The notes beneath the pieces were generated by a model. It was given only the letters and a program-made list of their open reading frames with translations, had not been told where the DNA came from and made no database searches. DNA of 64,000 nt, counting the filler, from Collodictyon triciliatum (Eukaryota), in the NCBI GenBank assembly GCA_043381765.1. It is 9 parts of 9 records of this genome, joined end to end, with 100 filler letters (N's around TTAATTAATTAA, not from the genome) between each part and the next. Parts side by side here need not be neighbours in the genome. Positions count along the whole stretch, not along the records: positions 7,141 to 14,178 come from JBHJMP010004092.1; positions 14,279 to 21,314 come from JBHJMP010004093.1; positions 21,415 to 28,447 come from JBHJMP010004094.1; 6 more parts are not named here. One strand, 5' to 3'. The translations under genes were made by a program, and so were the position numbers. The stretch's first letter is position 1. Each line of letters starts with the position of its first letter. Shown here piece after piece: positions 13,882-26,110 of the stretch.

Positions 13882-14115
13882 GTTTGGATCCGCCCCGCCG
13901 CCCCAGACCCCACCGCCTCAGACCCCACTAAGCGCCCTCCACCCAGAGCGGCGATCTGCTTGCCCGCTACCTCCCGCTCCACACCCTGAAGGTTCTCGTC
14001 TCGAAGGCCTCTGTAAGTCCCTCAAACACCCGCAGCCTCCAGTCAAACGAAGGCGGCTTTGCGCCCTGCGCCACCCTTGCTAACGCCGCTCCCTCTCTCT
14101 CTCTCTCTGTCTGTC

Positions 14116-14178
<63 letters not shown>

Positions 14179-14525
14179 NNNNNNNNNNNNNNNNNNNNNN
14201 NNNNNNNNNNNNNNNNNNNNNNTTAATTAATTAANNNNNNNNNNNNNNNNNNNNNNNNNNNNNNNNNNNNNNNNNNNNTTTGTTGTGTTTGTTGTGTTTG
14301 TTGTGTTTGTTGTGTTTGTTGTGTTTGTTGTGTTTGTTGTGTTTGTTGTGTTTGTTGTGTTTGTTGTGTTTGTTGTGTTGTGTTTGTTGTGTTTGTTTTT
14401 CATTTGCTCCCAAAACCAGATGACGTTTTCTCATTCCATGCATCCTTTTTTATGCGAGCTGTTAATCCATTTGGTTCGTCGAGGCGCAGTCACATATTCA
14501 CAAAGCTTATGAAATCACCTTACAG

Positions 14526-15072
14526 TTGTGAGTTCGTTTGTGTACTGCGGCTCTGTTCTTCTCTTGGAAAAGATGCACATTGATGACCCCCTGGAAGCAT
14601 CAGCAGTCCACGGATTCTGCGGTATGTGGGGCGTGATTAGCACGGGTCTGTTTGCTACACAGGAGCATATCAGCAAAGTGTACTTTCATGGGCAGAAGAC
14701 TGACCAATATGGGCTTTTCTACGGCGTATGTACCGTTTGCATAATGTTGGGAATGATAAGGAAAAGAAAAGAGTATTTCATTTTTCATTCACATCATAAT
14801 CACCAGCTATTCATTTGTTCTCTTCTCTGCCTTATTTGTATCTTACCCAGGGCGGAGGAAAGCAGCTCGGAGTCCAGCTGCTTGTGCTTGTGTGTTTGAT
14901 TGCATGGTCGTCTGTGACATCGTGGATGACGTTTTGGTTGATCAATCGCTTTTCCGGACTCCGCGTCCCTCGCGAAGTGGAGTTTGAAGGACTGGACCGG
15001 TCTGAACACGGAGGACACGCGTATCCCGAGTTTGAAAAGATTCAAGTCCAAGGAGCAGGCACTGGATATTAG
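14526..15072 (+). CDS. amt: Ammonium transporter (Amt/Mep), 3' exons only
   Basis: IDDPLEASAVHGFCGMWGVISTGLFA; QLGVQLL..; GLRVPREVEFEGLDRSEHGGHAYPEF. Confidence 0.95.
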
Positions 15073-15488
15073 CCATGTATCATAGTCATTGCGCAACAGC
15101 AAAAGTATGCAGAGTATATCCCGCTGACAGGGAAGGAAAAAAGAACAAAAGCAGGAGAGACGGGCGATGCAATAAAAATAAGTAACATCTCTCCTGGTTG
15201 ATTTCTCGTGGATGGTGATGTTAAACTTATGGATAACCTGTCCAAGATTCAAAAATATGTAATGTTTTGGTTTACACTTGTTTGAGCTTGTGTCAAGGAA
15301 AGAAAAGAGACTCGTTTCTATTTTTGGTTTATTTTGTTCCTTTTCTTTTCTTTTTATTTCTTATCGGCCAAGAGAATATGAGAGTCAAGCGGAGAAAAAA
15401 GAAAAAGGAGAAAGAGTCGTAATGAAGGCTTATGATATGAACCATAGAGTAGAAGAGGGAATTCGAATTATGGAAAAATGCATGATGT

Positions 15489-18400
15489 TTACAACGCATC
15501 GAAGGAGAACAAGTGAGCCGTGGCCTTCTTTTCAGCTTCGTCCTCTTTCTGCATGGGATTTGAAAGGGGAAATAATTATCGATGTTATTCGGCGTCTTTT
15601 TGTCTTAAGAGGAGTCACGCATACAATTATACCAGTTTTTGTTTCGTCTTGGGTGTATATTGAAATAAAGAGATCGTTATCGTGATGATTACTGATTTAA
15701 AAAAAAAAAAAGAGGTTCAATCAATCCACAAACCCGCTCTTTGTACTCAAGAATCAGGATGATGATACCCACAACTACGAGTGATACGAACACAGCCACA
15801 GAAACCCACAGCAGCTGCGAGGATGGACTCACATATAGTTCCAGTTGCCATCTGCATCATTTGAAATGAACCTCACTCACAAACACATACATACAGCCAG
15901 GAAGTGTAGAAACATCAACACATGACCCAGATGATTGGTTGAAGCTTACGTTGCTGGGTCGGACGGTTTGTAAGGGACTGCAATAAGTCGCGAATTCGGA
16001 ACGATGGCAATCCAATATGCAAAGTGCTTTGACTGCGGTAGTGAACACATATATGTGTACGTTACTTTATCTTGTTTTTATGATGTGCTTTTAAAGCTGG
16101 ACCTTATAGGTGAGATTGCTATTTCACCTTTTCTGGTTCTCTTTTTAGATATAATGAATGGAGGGGAATATATTAAAGCCAAAATGCCTGCCCGAGAATA
16201 AGGATTTGTATGCGGTATTGGAATCACGAGTATGAAGGGAAAATATGCTGACCTGCTGGAGTGGCATTCCAAGGAAAAACTCTTCAACATAATTGTTTGT
16301 CCGGCCAAGTCCAAATAGAGTGTAAGGAGGTTGTAGTGCCAAATGCGATGATTGTGAGAGCTGGGTTCCTATTTGAATTTATATATGGCATTAAAGAAGA
16401 AAGAACGAAGAACGAAGAGGGAAGAAGAAAGAAGAAAGAAGAAAGAAGAAAGAGAAACGAAGAACGAAGAACAAAGAGAAACGAAGAACAAAGAGAAACG
16501 AAGAACAAAGAAAGAAGAAGGAAGAAGAAAGGAGATGGAGATTAAGTAATCGCTCAGAGAAAGATGCTGTAAACTCAAGAACATATTCTCTCAATCGTAA
16601 TTTTCTATCTTCTCCGAATGTTTAGTCGGATAAAAATCGCACCCTGCCGAATGTGCTTTGTGCCATCCAATTCAGTCACAGTGAATTTAAAAGTGGCGCC
16701 AGCCTGGTTGACTCCGTAAGGCTACAAAATAACAAGTTAAGGGCATTTGGTTTTGATTATTTGAAGGATGATATAACTCTATTAATTTACCCTTGGGTCG
16801 AATAAAGGGGAAAAAAAAAAATTACCCTTGGGTCGGGGAACTTTGGACTTGTCGGACACCAAGACATGCAAAGACCATTTAGCGCTAGATGAATTTGTCG
16901 CAATTTTTTTTTAAAAAAAACGAACTATAATTTAATGAGTGATTATACGTTCATATCAATCGACCATAGAGCTTTGAATCGAATAAGTGGGAAAAAATCA
17001 ATTGGCCATAGAGAATGGAGTTTACCCATAGCCTTTAAAAAGAATGAGTCGCTGTTTCCAGGGTTTTCATAAACAATGGTCGAACTCGCCCCAGTACTGT
17101 TATATAGAGTTGGCTTTGTGAGCACAATCAAATCTCCGATTCCCTATTCCAAAAAAAAAGTATAAAAAAAAAAACAACTAAATACTTGTAACTCAAAAGG
17201 CTCGTTCCATCATGCCATGAGAAGTCATATACATAAATAAAGCCAAGATATCAATAGCTCAGTTATTATCATAGATGTGTTAGACGCATCACAGTCAAGA
17301 AGAAAATCAATATAAACTTTGTGGTGAGAATGAATAATTTTTTTTCTACAAACATCTTCTTTGTAGTCAGTAATGGCTGCTGCATATACATAAGGAGTTT
17401 TGAATCGTGTCTTCAAGTCTAGTGTTCGTAAATCACCATTATGCTGCCCACACCTACCATCGCTGCATTTAACATTGAGGAACAGATTCAAGTATGGTTT
17501 CCCGTCATCCGGGTGTATAAGTGGCAGAAAGATATCTGGAAATCCATCCATATTCCAATCCCCGACACGAAGAGTCAGAAGAGCATTTGGTTGGGTCTTC
17601 ATAACTTCGTATTCGATTTCAAAAACAACATGATTCTGGAGGACATTTGTGTGATTATATGTTCCAAATACATAACAGCATTTAACATGATTCATGTATA
17701 ATGCTAAGATAGGTAAAAGGTATTTCATAAATGCCAAAAACATGTGGGAAAATAGTGTAATAATAGACAACATGAGACCCTATCATCTTGCACAAATTGG
17801 AAGGAAGAATAGAACTAAAAATAGATGAGACGAATCGCACACACACCTTGGTACTGGGTTTCATCGGGTCACCAAATGTAAAGTTAGGGTCTGAGCTGCA
17901 CAGAGACGTGGGCGAGCGGCATGACTTTGAACTCGACCCGACACGGGTGTTACATACAGGCTTTTGCTGGTTGAAGATGATATGAATAGTATTATCCTCA
18001 AGATTGGCATATACTAAATCCATCGCCCCGTTTCTATCTTGAGAAAGGAAATATCTGATTAATTTTCAAGATAAAAAGCTGGACCCACAAATCGCCCCAT
18101 ATATTCGGCCTGAAAAAAATTATTGGAGATTTTCCAAGAATATCAAAGTACCCATATCCGCCAATGCAATTTGTTGAATATGGCACGGAGCTTGAAGTTT
18201 CATTTTGGGTGTGTTTGGAAAGGCGGATGACTTTCCGTTTAACCAAATATTGATACTCAATACTTCATCCTTTTCACACGACTCCTATTAGAATACATTA
18301 ATACTATACCGAACAAATAAATGTATTTTAATTTATGTATATTTGATGATTTCTTTTCGTGTATTGCATCGATTTGGCCGAGTGTACATTTTCTATGGTC

Positions 18401-19688
18401 ATCAGGTCAGCAGCGCAATCTCCATCGAAATCTACAAATGCACTTGCGTGTTCTGCACTCAAAGCTCCACTAGGTCTCTTTATTCTTTCGAGAGAGAAAA
18501 AGAGGATAGATTGAAATTAGTTATCGATTGAGTTAAACGATTTTCATTATTCTAGTATTACTACATAAGAAAAGTATATCACTCCAATAAAAAAAAAACT
18601 CGCAGTTCATGTAGAGGTATTATTTTCGGGTAGGTATTGAGTAATGTCACAAAAAAAAAAAACTGAAAGCTTGTGACAAGATGGTATTCATGCCATCGCG
18701 ATTTCCAGGCGAAATATAAAGTATACATAACCACCATCGCGGCAAACCAAAACATACTCTGTGAATTTAAGACTATCATCCAGCACCCAAACGGTTTGAC
18801 GCCCATCGACAGAATTGCCAATAAAATCTGGCTTCAGGTCGTTGTTATAATCAAACACTAATAGCTGTGAAGTCGAGTTTATGAGAGCAGTGGGCGTAGA
18901 ATCTGGATTGTAAAGAATATGTCACTAAAATTAATTTGTAAAGTACAATTCATTCCTTGATATACTAAATTACGCACGGTATCATGGTTTTATTTAATTT
19001 TAGTCTCTAGTGAAATATATGAATACATGAATGAATAAATAAATTAAAACCTAATTTGCTATGTCGCCCAAGGTATATCATATTTGAAAATAGTCCATTC
19101 GTTTCTGTGGCAATTAGCACATCAAGGGCCCCATCGCGGTTGAAATCCAATGGAGTTACTTGCACGATATTTTTTGACGTAATTGAATATGGTGTTTTCT
19201 TGTAATTATCTCCACCTATAAAATGAAAAGAATTAAACATAGATGTATAAATTAACATCTTGAAATGTGTGTTTGTTGATGCTGCAATGTAGGTATATAA
19301 CTCCTTCGGTTATCATATCTAAAATTCATTCGTCTATAGGTAATAACGAAAGTGGTAGTCCGTTCTTTTTATTTTATTTTATTTTATGATTAGTTTTTTT
19401 TAAAAAAAAAAGAAGCCTAATTAGAACATCCCTGACTATTCTTTGTGTATTAAGTTATTATTCTACTTACTCCGTTCATAGACAGTCATCATCTCTCGGT
19501 TTTCTGACACAACAAACAGGTCCGTGCTTTTAAAATGAATAAATTAATGGGCGAGATTTTATAAAAATGAGTTGAGTGTTTTCTTTCATCTATTTTTTTA
19601 TGAGGATAATATTCGTCAGTAACTACTATGTGAGGTAGATCCATACTGCTTATCGCTGTCAAAGTCTCCAAAGGCGTACAAATCCCCT
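15489..19688 (-). CDS. ITFG1: ITFG1/TIP/LINKIN FG-GAP transmembrane protein (5' end in or beyond N gap)
   Basis: [90 protein letters not shown] + TM helix, [16 protein letters not shown]. Confidence 0.93.
16801..16821 (+). mobile_element. 5'-truncated copy of the ~25-bp element (AATAAAGGGG-A11) with perfect 14-bp TSD
   Basis: TTACCCTTGGGTCG at 16787-16800 and at 16822-16835. Confidence 0.72.
16972..16996 (+). mobile_element. ~25-bp element copy with 17-bp TSD-like flanks (ITFG1 intron)
   Basis: CTTTGAATCGAATAAGTGGGAAAAA between ATCAATCGACCATAGAG (16955-16971) and ATCAATTGGCCATAGAG (16997-17013). Confidence 0.8.
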
Positions 19689-21761
19689 NNNNNNNNNNNN
19701 NNNNNNNNNNNNNNNNNNNNNNNNNNNNNNNNNNNNNNNNNNNNNNNNNNNNNNNNNNNNNNNNNNNNNNNNNNNNNNNNNNNNNNNNNNNNNNNNNNNN
19801 NNNNNNNNNNNNNNNNNNNNNNNNNNNNNNNNNNNNNNNNNNNNNNNNNNNNNNNNNNNNNNNNNNNNNNNNNNNNNNNNNNNNNNNNNNNNNNNNNNNN
19901 NNNNNNNNNNNNNNNNNNNNNNNNNNNNNNNNNNNNNNNNNNNNNNNNNNNNNNNNNNNNNNNNNNNNNNNNNNNNNNNNNNNNNNNNNNNNNNNNNNNN
20001 NNNNNNNNNNNNNNNNNNNNNNNNNNNNNNNNNNNNNNNNNNNNNNNNNNNNNNNNNNNNNNNNNNNNNNNNNNNNNNNNNNNNNNNNNNNNNNNNNNNN
20101 NNNNNNNNNNNNNNNNNNNNNNNNNNNNNNNNNNNNNNNNNNNNNNNNNNNNNNNNNNNNNNNNNNNNNNNNNNNNNNNNNNNNNNNNNNNNNNNNNNNN
20201 NNNNNNNNNNNNNNNNNNNNNNNNNNNNNNNNNNNNNAGAACTTTTTAGCTCGCTCACGTAATGAATTCGCCGTCATTTACTTCTTAAAGGTGGTGTCAC
20301 TAACCCCACCAGTCCCGTTTAAATCCTTTGCTCCTGACCATCCGCACTTTGCCCGTCCCCTTGTATGACCCAATCCCATAAACTTTGAATCGAGTTAATG
20401 GAAAATGTATTCGAGGCTACGTGCTCACAATTGAGTATGCTCTTTTACACATCTTGCTGCATCGGCAAATACTTTCTATCTAAATCCATCACCTTGGCAA
20501 GAGGGAGAGGACGAGGTGAACAGGAGATAGGACAAATAAAAAACTGGCTTGAAGTTTGGATTTTGAATGGGTAAGTGAGAATTTGTGTATGAAATTTAAT
20601 GAGAGCGGATGAAAGGATGGAAGGAAGAAAAAGTAGAAAGAATAAGAATCCCCACCTAGACCCCCCGCGCGAAGAGGCACACAGAGAAGACCATAAGATT
20701 TTTGTGCCCCTGGCTCGAACAGACGCTATTCGGTCAGTACATAAAAAAAAGTTGGGATAGCTTCTTCCCTAAATTCTAATCACAAAGTTGCTACCATTGG
20801 CTTCGTGTGCATGTTTGCTTCCGTCACTCGTGCATCTGCATTGTGCCACACACACCGGCCTTTCTCTTCTGCGGCCAAACCAGGCAGAATATCAAAAAGG
20901 GCATCGTGGTTGCCGAAAGATAATATTAAATAATCTACATGTGGAAATTATTATATTATATCAATAATGGCTTAAAATAACAATCAATTGATTTAAAATA
21001 GTAAAATATTCGACTAAATAACATATTTTTATGCATATGTAGAGAGAAAGTCAGCAAACTTTTGTCTGTCCTGGAATTTCTTCTTGGGATGGAGAGATTC
21101 TCGAACCTTCCCCACTAAAATTCAGAGAATATTTCCAAATGAGATGCAATTGAATGAAACAATCGAAAATTAAAAATAGCGCACATTTTCAGATGATATC
21201 CACATATAGATAAATTAATTGAATCATCCATAAAATAAGAACTGAAGTGGTGTATTTTGTGCACAGCTTTAGGCGCGGAAACGACCTTTATCAAGCTTCT
21301 GGCCTCGCCCATCCNNNNNNNNNNNNNNNNNNNNNNNNNNNNNNNNNNNNNNNNNNNNTTAATTAATTAANNNNNNNNNNNNNNNNNNNNNNNNNNNNNN
21401 NNNNNNNNNNNNNNTTTTTTTTGTTTTTTTTGTTTTTTTTGTTTTTTTTGTTTTTTTAGTTTTTGTTTTTCACGCGCCCAGCTCACAGGATCTGCCGAAC
21501 AGTGACAGCGAATGAGATCAGTGGAAAGAACAGTCGACCAACAACAGAAATGGGACAAAATTGTGAGCTGTGCGCCTTTTTAATATTTATTATTTCATAG
21601 GGATTTATAGGGAAAGACATAGGGAAAGAGGTATAAACGTTTCGCCAGATGAGCGTTTGCAATGAAAAAGGACGGGCCCTGCGACTTGTATCTGTCAGGA
21701 GAGAGAGCTAAGGGGACGCAGTGAAAGAGAATCCAGCAACAGCATCCCCAAACGGATTCAT

Positions 21762-22361
21762 TCAAGCAAGGCGGCGAGAAGAAGCAAGATACGCAGCAAT
21801 GTTCGGGCGGGACTTGACGCGCTCGTAGAAGGCCTTCAGCTTCGGGAATTTGTCGAGCGCATCGGACTGAAGAAGCAGGGTGGAGTCGAAGGCGTCAAAG
21901 AAGGCGTAGTCGGCGATGGAGATGTTGTCGCCCAGGAAGTAGCCGTCTCCGCCGTTCTTGCGAGAGAGAAGGCGCTCGAAGCGGCCGAACCACAGAGGAA
22001 CTGTGTCAGCAAGGAAGCCCTCCAGGAGGCTGCGGTCGCGGAAGTAGGCCTTGCCATATTCCTGGAAAAAGTCTTCATGTCCATCGAGAAGCATGTCCAC
22101 ATAGCTCTGGTCCTCGGCTGTGGCTCCGTAGAGGTTGTGGAGGCGGCCGATGTGACGGACAATGGCCTTTGCTTGGGTCAGGCGGAAATCCCCAAACTCA
22201 GCGACTGGGAGCTGGTTGAAGTAGAAGCGCTCGTTGTCGCCTTTGATCTCGCCCCAGTTGGTCACAAGAACATTCTCGTAGTCGGCGCCGACGTCCTCAA
22301 GGATTAGGCGCGATGTCTCTGCCCTGCCACGAATCGGGAAGTACTGGAGCTTGATGGACAT
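21762..22361 (-). CDS. Glutathione S-transferase (Tyr-type, Sigma/Pi-like), intronless, 199 aa
   Basis: MSIKLQYFPIRGRAE..QLPV..LTQAKAIVRHIGR..YFLGDNISIADYAFFD..FPKLKAFYERVKSRPNIAAYL. Confidence 0.95.
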   Translation of the reverse strand: MSIKLQYFPIRGRAETSRLILEDVGADYENVLVTNWGEIKGDNERFYFNQLPVAEFGDFRLTQAKAIVRHIGRLHNLYGATAEDQSYVDMLLDGHEDFFQEYGKAYFRDRSLLEGFLADTVPLWFGRFERLLSRKNGGDGYFLGDNISIADYAFFDAFDSTLLLQSDALDKFPKLKAFYERVKSRPNIAAYLASSRRLA

Positions 22362-23590
22362 TGCAGTTGCTTGTGGATCTGACCTGGTGGATTTAGACTG
22401 TGCTTTAGCCGTCAATATGACTGTAGATGAAGCGCTACCGTCGGATGGGTGGTTCTGTTTGATGAATCTTTGGGTTTGTTTAACAAGTTGGTTTGTTGGA
22501 AGACACATCTAGTCGGCTTCGATTTGATTCCCTCACTTCATTTATAGGCCTTGTGTTAGGATTATGCTTTATATTGGTGGCCAGTCTGGTGGAATCTTCG
22601 GTGGGTTGGGTGGAAGACGTCTGTGCATCAGAACCCTTCCATCGCCCCACGGTTTGGTCTGGCTCGCGGAAGGTTCCAGAACAATCATGATTCTGAATGT
22701 GGATTATATCATATGTCATTTGATTTATCTGAAATCAGAGCCTAGTGATGATAGGAAAACAGAGCAAACTAGGATTAATATTATATATTATTATTATTAT
22801 TATTAGTAGTAGTAGTAGCAGTATTGCTGTGAGTTTTGTATTGCAGCCACGTCTTGCGATGAGCCTACGAATCGCAGTTAGTCAGAAAGACTGTGTGCCC
22901 GCAGCCAGAGAGAGAAAAAAGAAAGACAGAACATTCCTCTTTCTTCCATGCTCTCCACGTGAAGGTGAGGCACACCCACGCACGTTTTGGGCTTTGGAGG
23001 GGCTCGCCATGGTTCGCTAATCGGCCTGATATCGCGATTGGCGGCTTCTTCATGAGCTGGGCATTTGCGCAGTGCGGAGGGCTTTTCCGGCAACGCGCAG
23101 GCTTTTGCGCCAGTCTGTGCGGCTGACAGGGAGATCACAGAACCACACGAAGGAGCAATATCCAACAGGAAGGGAGGCGATTCGTGCGACATGCTGTAGA
23201 CCTGTTTCTGTATGAGAAGATATAATGGCCAGTTGCGGGAAGGGGACGTGGGTTCGCTCCTTCCTGGAAGCCTGTGTGCAGGCAATAAACACCATCAGGC
23301 TTGTTTCCTCTCAAGTTGTCACTTTGCCGTGTAGGCGAATCTCTTCAAAAAGGGTTTGGAGCGGAGCTCAGAGTCCCGTGGTGTTTTAGTTACAGGAGTA
23401 GACGCGATGGGACACAGGCAGAGGAGTAAGAAGAGCCGGTCAGTGTTAATACAGTACGAGGTGTGTGTTTATTTCGACTTTGGTGGGTGAGCTTGTGGAC
23501 TTGTTCTCGTATCTTACCTCGTTCGTCGCAAGGACAGTAAGTAGACGCGGTGAGCAAGAGAAGCAAGCGAGGTTTGTTGAACCTCCGGCC

Positions 23591-24202
23591 TTATTGAGGG
23601 GTGGCAGGCAGGCGGCGCGAAGAAGCAAGATACGCAGCAATGTTCGGGCGGGACTTGACGCGCTCGTAGAGTCCCTTCAGCTTGGGGAACGCAGCAAGGG
23701 CATCAGGCTTCAGGCTTACTGTGGCATCAAAGGCGTCAAAGAAAGCGTAGTCAGCGATGGAGATGTTGTCGCCCAGGAAGTAGCCGTCTCCGCCGTTCTT
23801 GCGAGAGAGAAGGCGCTCGAAGCGGCCGAACCACAGAGGAACTGTGTTGGCAAGGAAGCCCTCCAGGAGGCTGCGGTCGCGGAAGAAAGCCTTGGCGAAT
23901 TCCTGGAAAAAGTCTTCCAGGCCGTCGAGAAGCATGTCCACATAGCTCTGGTCCTCGGCTGTGGCTCCGTAGAGGTTGTGGAGGCGGCCGATGTGGCGGG
24001 TGATGGCTTTGCTCTGGGTCAGGCGGAAGTCACCAAACTCGGCCATGGGCAGCTGGTTGAAGTAGAAGCGCTCGTTGTCGCCTTTGATCTCGCCCCAGTT
24101 GGTCACAATGACGTTCTCGTAGGCAGCGCCGACGTCCTCGAGGATTAGGCGCGGTGTCTCCATGCGGCCGCGGATGCCGAAGTAGTAGAGCTTGACAGAC
24201 AT
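23591..24202 (-). CDS. Glutathione S-transferase paralogue, intronless, 203 aa
   Basis: MSVKLYYFGIRGRMETPR..QLPM..LTQSKAITRHIGR..; near-identical to the copy at 21762-22361. Confidence 0.95.
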   Translation of the reverse strand: MSVKLYYFGIRGRMETPRLILEDVGAAYENVIVTNWGEIKGDNERFYFNQLPMAEFGDFRLTQSKAITRHIGRLHNLYGATAEDQSYVDMLLDGLEDFFQEFAKAFFRDRSLLEGFLANTVPLWFGRFERLLSRKNGGDGYFLGDNISIADYAFFDAFDATVSLKPDALAAFPKLKGLYERVKSRPNIAAYLASSRRLPATPQ

Positions 24203-24592
24203 TGCTGGGTATCGGGTCGGGTCTTTCTCTCCTGCGGGTTGTGCGTTGCGTTGCGAATCGTGTGGTGAATGAGGTTGCCAACAAAAGAAAACCTTTCGGC
24301 CGAGATAATGCCCACCACGCATTGCAGAATATATTTCTGTAGCACAGCGAAATATCCGCACTTTTTTGAAATCGAAAGGGCGTCGAATGTTCTATAGCTT
24401 CAATCTGGGAACATCCCCAGGGAATATTCTGGAAGCTTCTTCTGAGGCCGGAAAGGATGGGGCGCATATGTGGAAAATATATTATTTGAATACTTAATGG
24501 TGTGGTTATGCTATTTAAGTGTCCTTTTCTGATATAAAATTAACTAGAATATATTTATATTTGTAAAAAAATATTCTTTGACTAACATGGGT

Positions 24593-26110
24593 CTTTGTTT
24601 GAATGCAAAGTAATGAATCGGTGGAAAGAAGTCAGTGATAACGAGTTGGTCAGGCAGGCGTCCCAACTGGTTGATTGGCTGCGTGGGTAGCAGTGGTTGG
24701 ATGTGCTGTGGAAGATATTACGACACATTCTCACATCTCTCTTCACTTGCGGTTAGAGTAGCGAAGAATGCGGGCGTGTTTCAGCAGGCTGTTCAGGAAG
24801 CTGTATTGCACGAGGCTTTCCAGTCTGCATACATTGATTTCTCGTTCGGTGTATAATTGGAGCGGGAGAATGCGCGCACACTCCATAAGGACCACAGCAT
24901 ATGTCCCCTTGTGACTGTCCAGAGTATTCTAGAGTCGTGGGTCATTTGGTATTGTGGGCCAAACAGGATGTCAGACGCGCTGAGACGGCTGGGAGCATAA
25001 TCAAGCTCAGAGAGCATCTTGTGGGTCGATTCTGTCACTTTTTGAGCAAGGGAGCACTTCACAAATGCGTGTTCGATAGAGTCATCTCCACTATGGCACA
25101 TGGTGCATTCTGGAAAGGTTGTTGCTGCGTATGGGTAGAGGAGGTTTTTTTTTCCCATTCACCCATTCGGTTCAAGGTAGGGGGTTTAGAAATGCATAGG
25201 CACTGGAGTTGAAAAACAAGTGTGAAAATGGACAGGCTTGATACACGCCGCTCTATCTTTGAATTGCATCCGTAGGTCTGTGTGCCATGAGTACCCTCTT
25301 TGTTGCATTGTCGTGCAGTTTTTTTGATAAGACCAGTGAATCCGGTGCAGAAGCCTCTTTTGTGCAGGATGGTTTCCAGTGCTTCGTGGTTCACATAGTC
25401 GTATGCTTTCTCCAGGTCGTAGAAAATCATAGCGCTGGGTGTCCAGCTTACTTGATATTACATGTACTCTTTGTTGACAATCCAGACGTTTGTGTCGATG
25501 TTCCTTCCGTTCATGAAGCCAATCTGCTCTTTGGATTGAGTTTGTCGGCGATGGGTGATATGCGATTTCTGAGTAGCGTCGCAAATATCTTGTAGTCATT
25601 ATTCAACAGCGATATTGGTCGCCAGTCTGCAAGATTGCTCGAGTTTCCTTTCTTTGGTATCAGCCGCACCGTGGCCTCTGTAAATCCTTGCGGTAGGTCG
25701 CCACCAGACATGATTCCATTCAGAAAAGTCACTAAGGATGCCTTGACCTCATTAAAGAAAGCAGAGTATATTCCGTTGGGCAGCCTATCTGGACGTGGCG
25801 CCTTTCCGTTGTGTAGCGACTTGACCGCTTTCCACAATTCGCCTGCATCTATTGGTGCTATCATGCTGGCTGTTTGCGAGGGTGAAGCCTTAGAGCAATT
25901 TGTGGTAATAAGCTCGAGAGTAGCATCATCATAGTCTCGCCTTGACCACATCTTTGAGGAGTGGGTGTTCTTTTTGTTGTTGCGAGGTAATAAATGCTGC
26001 ATGTCCGCAGGTGGTGTGCAGGAAGGATACAAGGTCTTTTCTTTTTCCTTTCCTAGTCCAAAGAACCATTTCTCCATCTGCTCAAAGTCTCGCAAGTATC
26101 TCGCCTCCGA
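24593..26110 (-). mobile_element. Degenerate, internally deleted non-LTR retrotransposon (L1/Tx1-like ORF2)
   Basis: GKAPRPDRLP..LIPKKG..DWRPISLLNNDYKI; frameshifted FYDLEKAYDYVNH; then directly the C-terminal CxxC..DSIEHAFVKC knuckle. QG and YADD motifs are absent. Confidence 0.9.

Noticed and set aside
13050-14083. Many overlapping ORFs in the GC island
   Set aside because: Stop-poor GC-rich DNA. Only the Ulp first exon and the NudC-like exon have supporting motifs or splice sites.
22362-24361. N-terminal extensions of the GST ORFs and the antisense ORF 23465-24148
   Set aside because: Paralogue similarity begins at MS(I/V)KL. The extensions are unrelated to each other, and the antisense ORF is a shadow of GC3-rich codons.
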